A stretch of DNA of 20,000 bases from Chiloscyllium plagiosum (Eukaryota): positions 99,538,684 through 99,558,683 of the forward strand of contig NC_057718.1 of the NCBI RefSeq assembly GCF_004010195.1, in the 5' to 3' direction. A model generated the notes under the pieces. The model ran no database searches. It was not told the origin of the DNA and saw nothing but the letters and a program-made list of their open reading frames with translations. Made by a program: the position numbers and the translations under genes. The first letter of the stretch is position 1. Each line of letters opens with the position of its first letter. Shown here in pieces: positions 19,460 to 20,000 of this stretch.

Positions 19460-19710
19460 ATTTGATTTGACTTGATTTGATTTATTATTGCCGCATGTAC
19501 CTACGTACAGTAAAAATATTTGTTTTGCGTGCAGTACAGTCAGATTGTATCATACAAAGGCCATAGGGTGATAGAACAGAGCGAGGAATACAATGTTACG
19601 GCTGCAAAGAAGGTGCACAAAATAAAGATCAACGTTAGATTTGAAATTTGAGAGGTCTATTCAGAAGTCTAATAACAACAGGGAAGAAGGCATTTTGAAC
19701 TTTTTGATAC
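19460..19710 (-). mobile_element. Rex1/Babar 3' end
   Basis: Reverse complement of 19652-19700 matches 7490-7541 (cttccc..ctgttat.agact.ctgaat.gacc); (TCAAA)-like tail. Confidence 0.7.
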
Positions 19711-19750
19711 AGAGATAATAATATCACAAGATGGGTGGCTCAGTGGTTAG

Positions 19751-20000
19751 CAATAAAGGGAATGATGGAGCTATGAGGGAGGAGCTGGCCAAAGTTCGCA
19801 ATCAAGGGAACTATGGAGCTATGAGAGAGGAGCTGGCCAAAGTTCAATGTTACAATACCTTAGCAGGGATGACAGTGGAGGAACAATGGCAGATATTTCT
19901 GGGTATAATGCAGAAGATGCAGGATCAGTTCATTCCAAAAAGGAAGAAAGATCCCAGGAGGAGGCATGGGCGGCCGTGGCTGACGAGGGAAGTTAAGAAA
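19751..20000 (+). mobile_element. CR1 ORF2 endonuclease-RT linker, running off the window end; 48-bp 5' duplication
   Basis: 19800-20000 open: NQGNYGAMREELAKV..TVEEQWQIF..FIPKRKK..PWLTREVKK; preceded by an HE1-like head ggtggctcagtggttagca. Confidence 0.85.

Noticed and set aside
1..20000. CRISPR array, operon or prokaryotic defence system
   Set aside because: Sequence is vertebrate repeat-rich DNA with no regularly spaced repeats or dense ORFs.

Overview
Eukaryotic, repeat-dominated genomic DNA, almost certainly from a cartilaginous fish. The HE1 V-SINEs and HER1/CR1 LINE tails point to a shark; a carpet or bamboo shark is my inference. Roughly two thirds of the window is fragmentary retroelements: many CR1/HER1 LINE pieces, a second CR1-group LINE with a partner tRNA-SINE sharing its 3' tail, HE1 SINEs, two Rex1/Babar fragments, a decayed Deu-domain SINE, and about ten Penelope-like element (PLE) pieces. 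Most ORFs in the track are repeat-derived or spurious. Main signals: (1) minimal hammerhead-ribozyme motifs with covarying stems in several short PLE-terminus families, some as long fold-back hairpins with clean 13-15 bp target-site duplications (TSDs). (2) Two independent PLE insertions at the same site (within 1 nt) of two different CR1 copies, with an empty site in a third copy. (3) Multi-level and reciprocal nesting of elements. (4) A probable minus-strand coding exon with a hydrophobic helix at 17819-18013 from a gene I cannot identify, plus weaker exon candidates. Repeat boundaries are approximate and family names come from recalled consensus motifs, not database searches.
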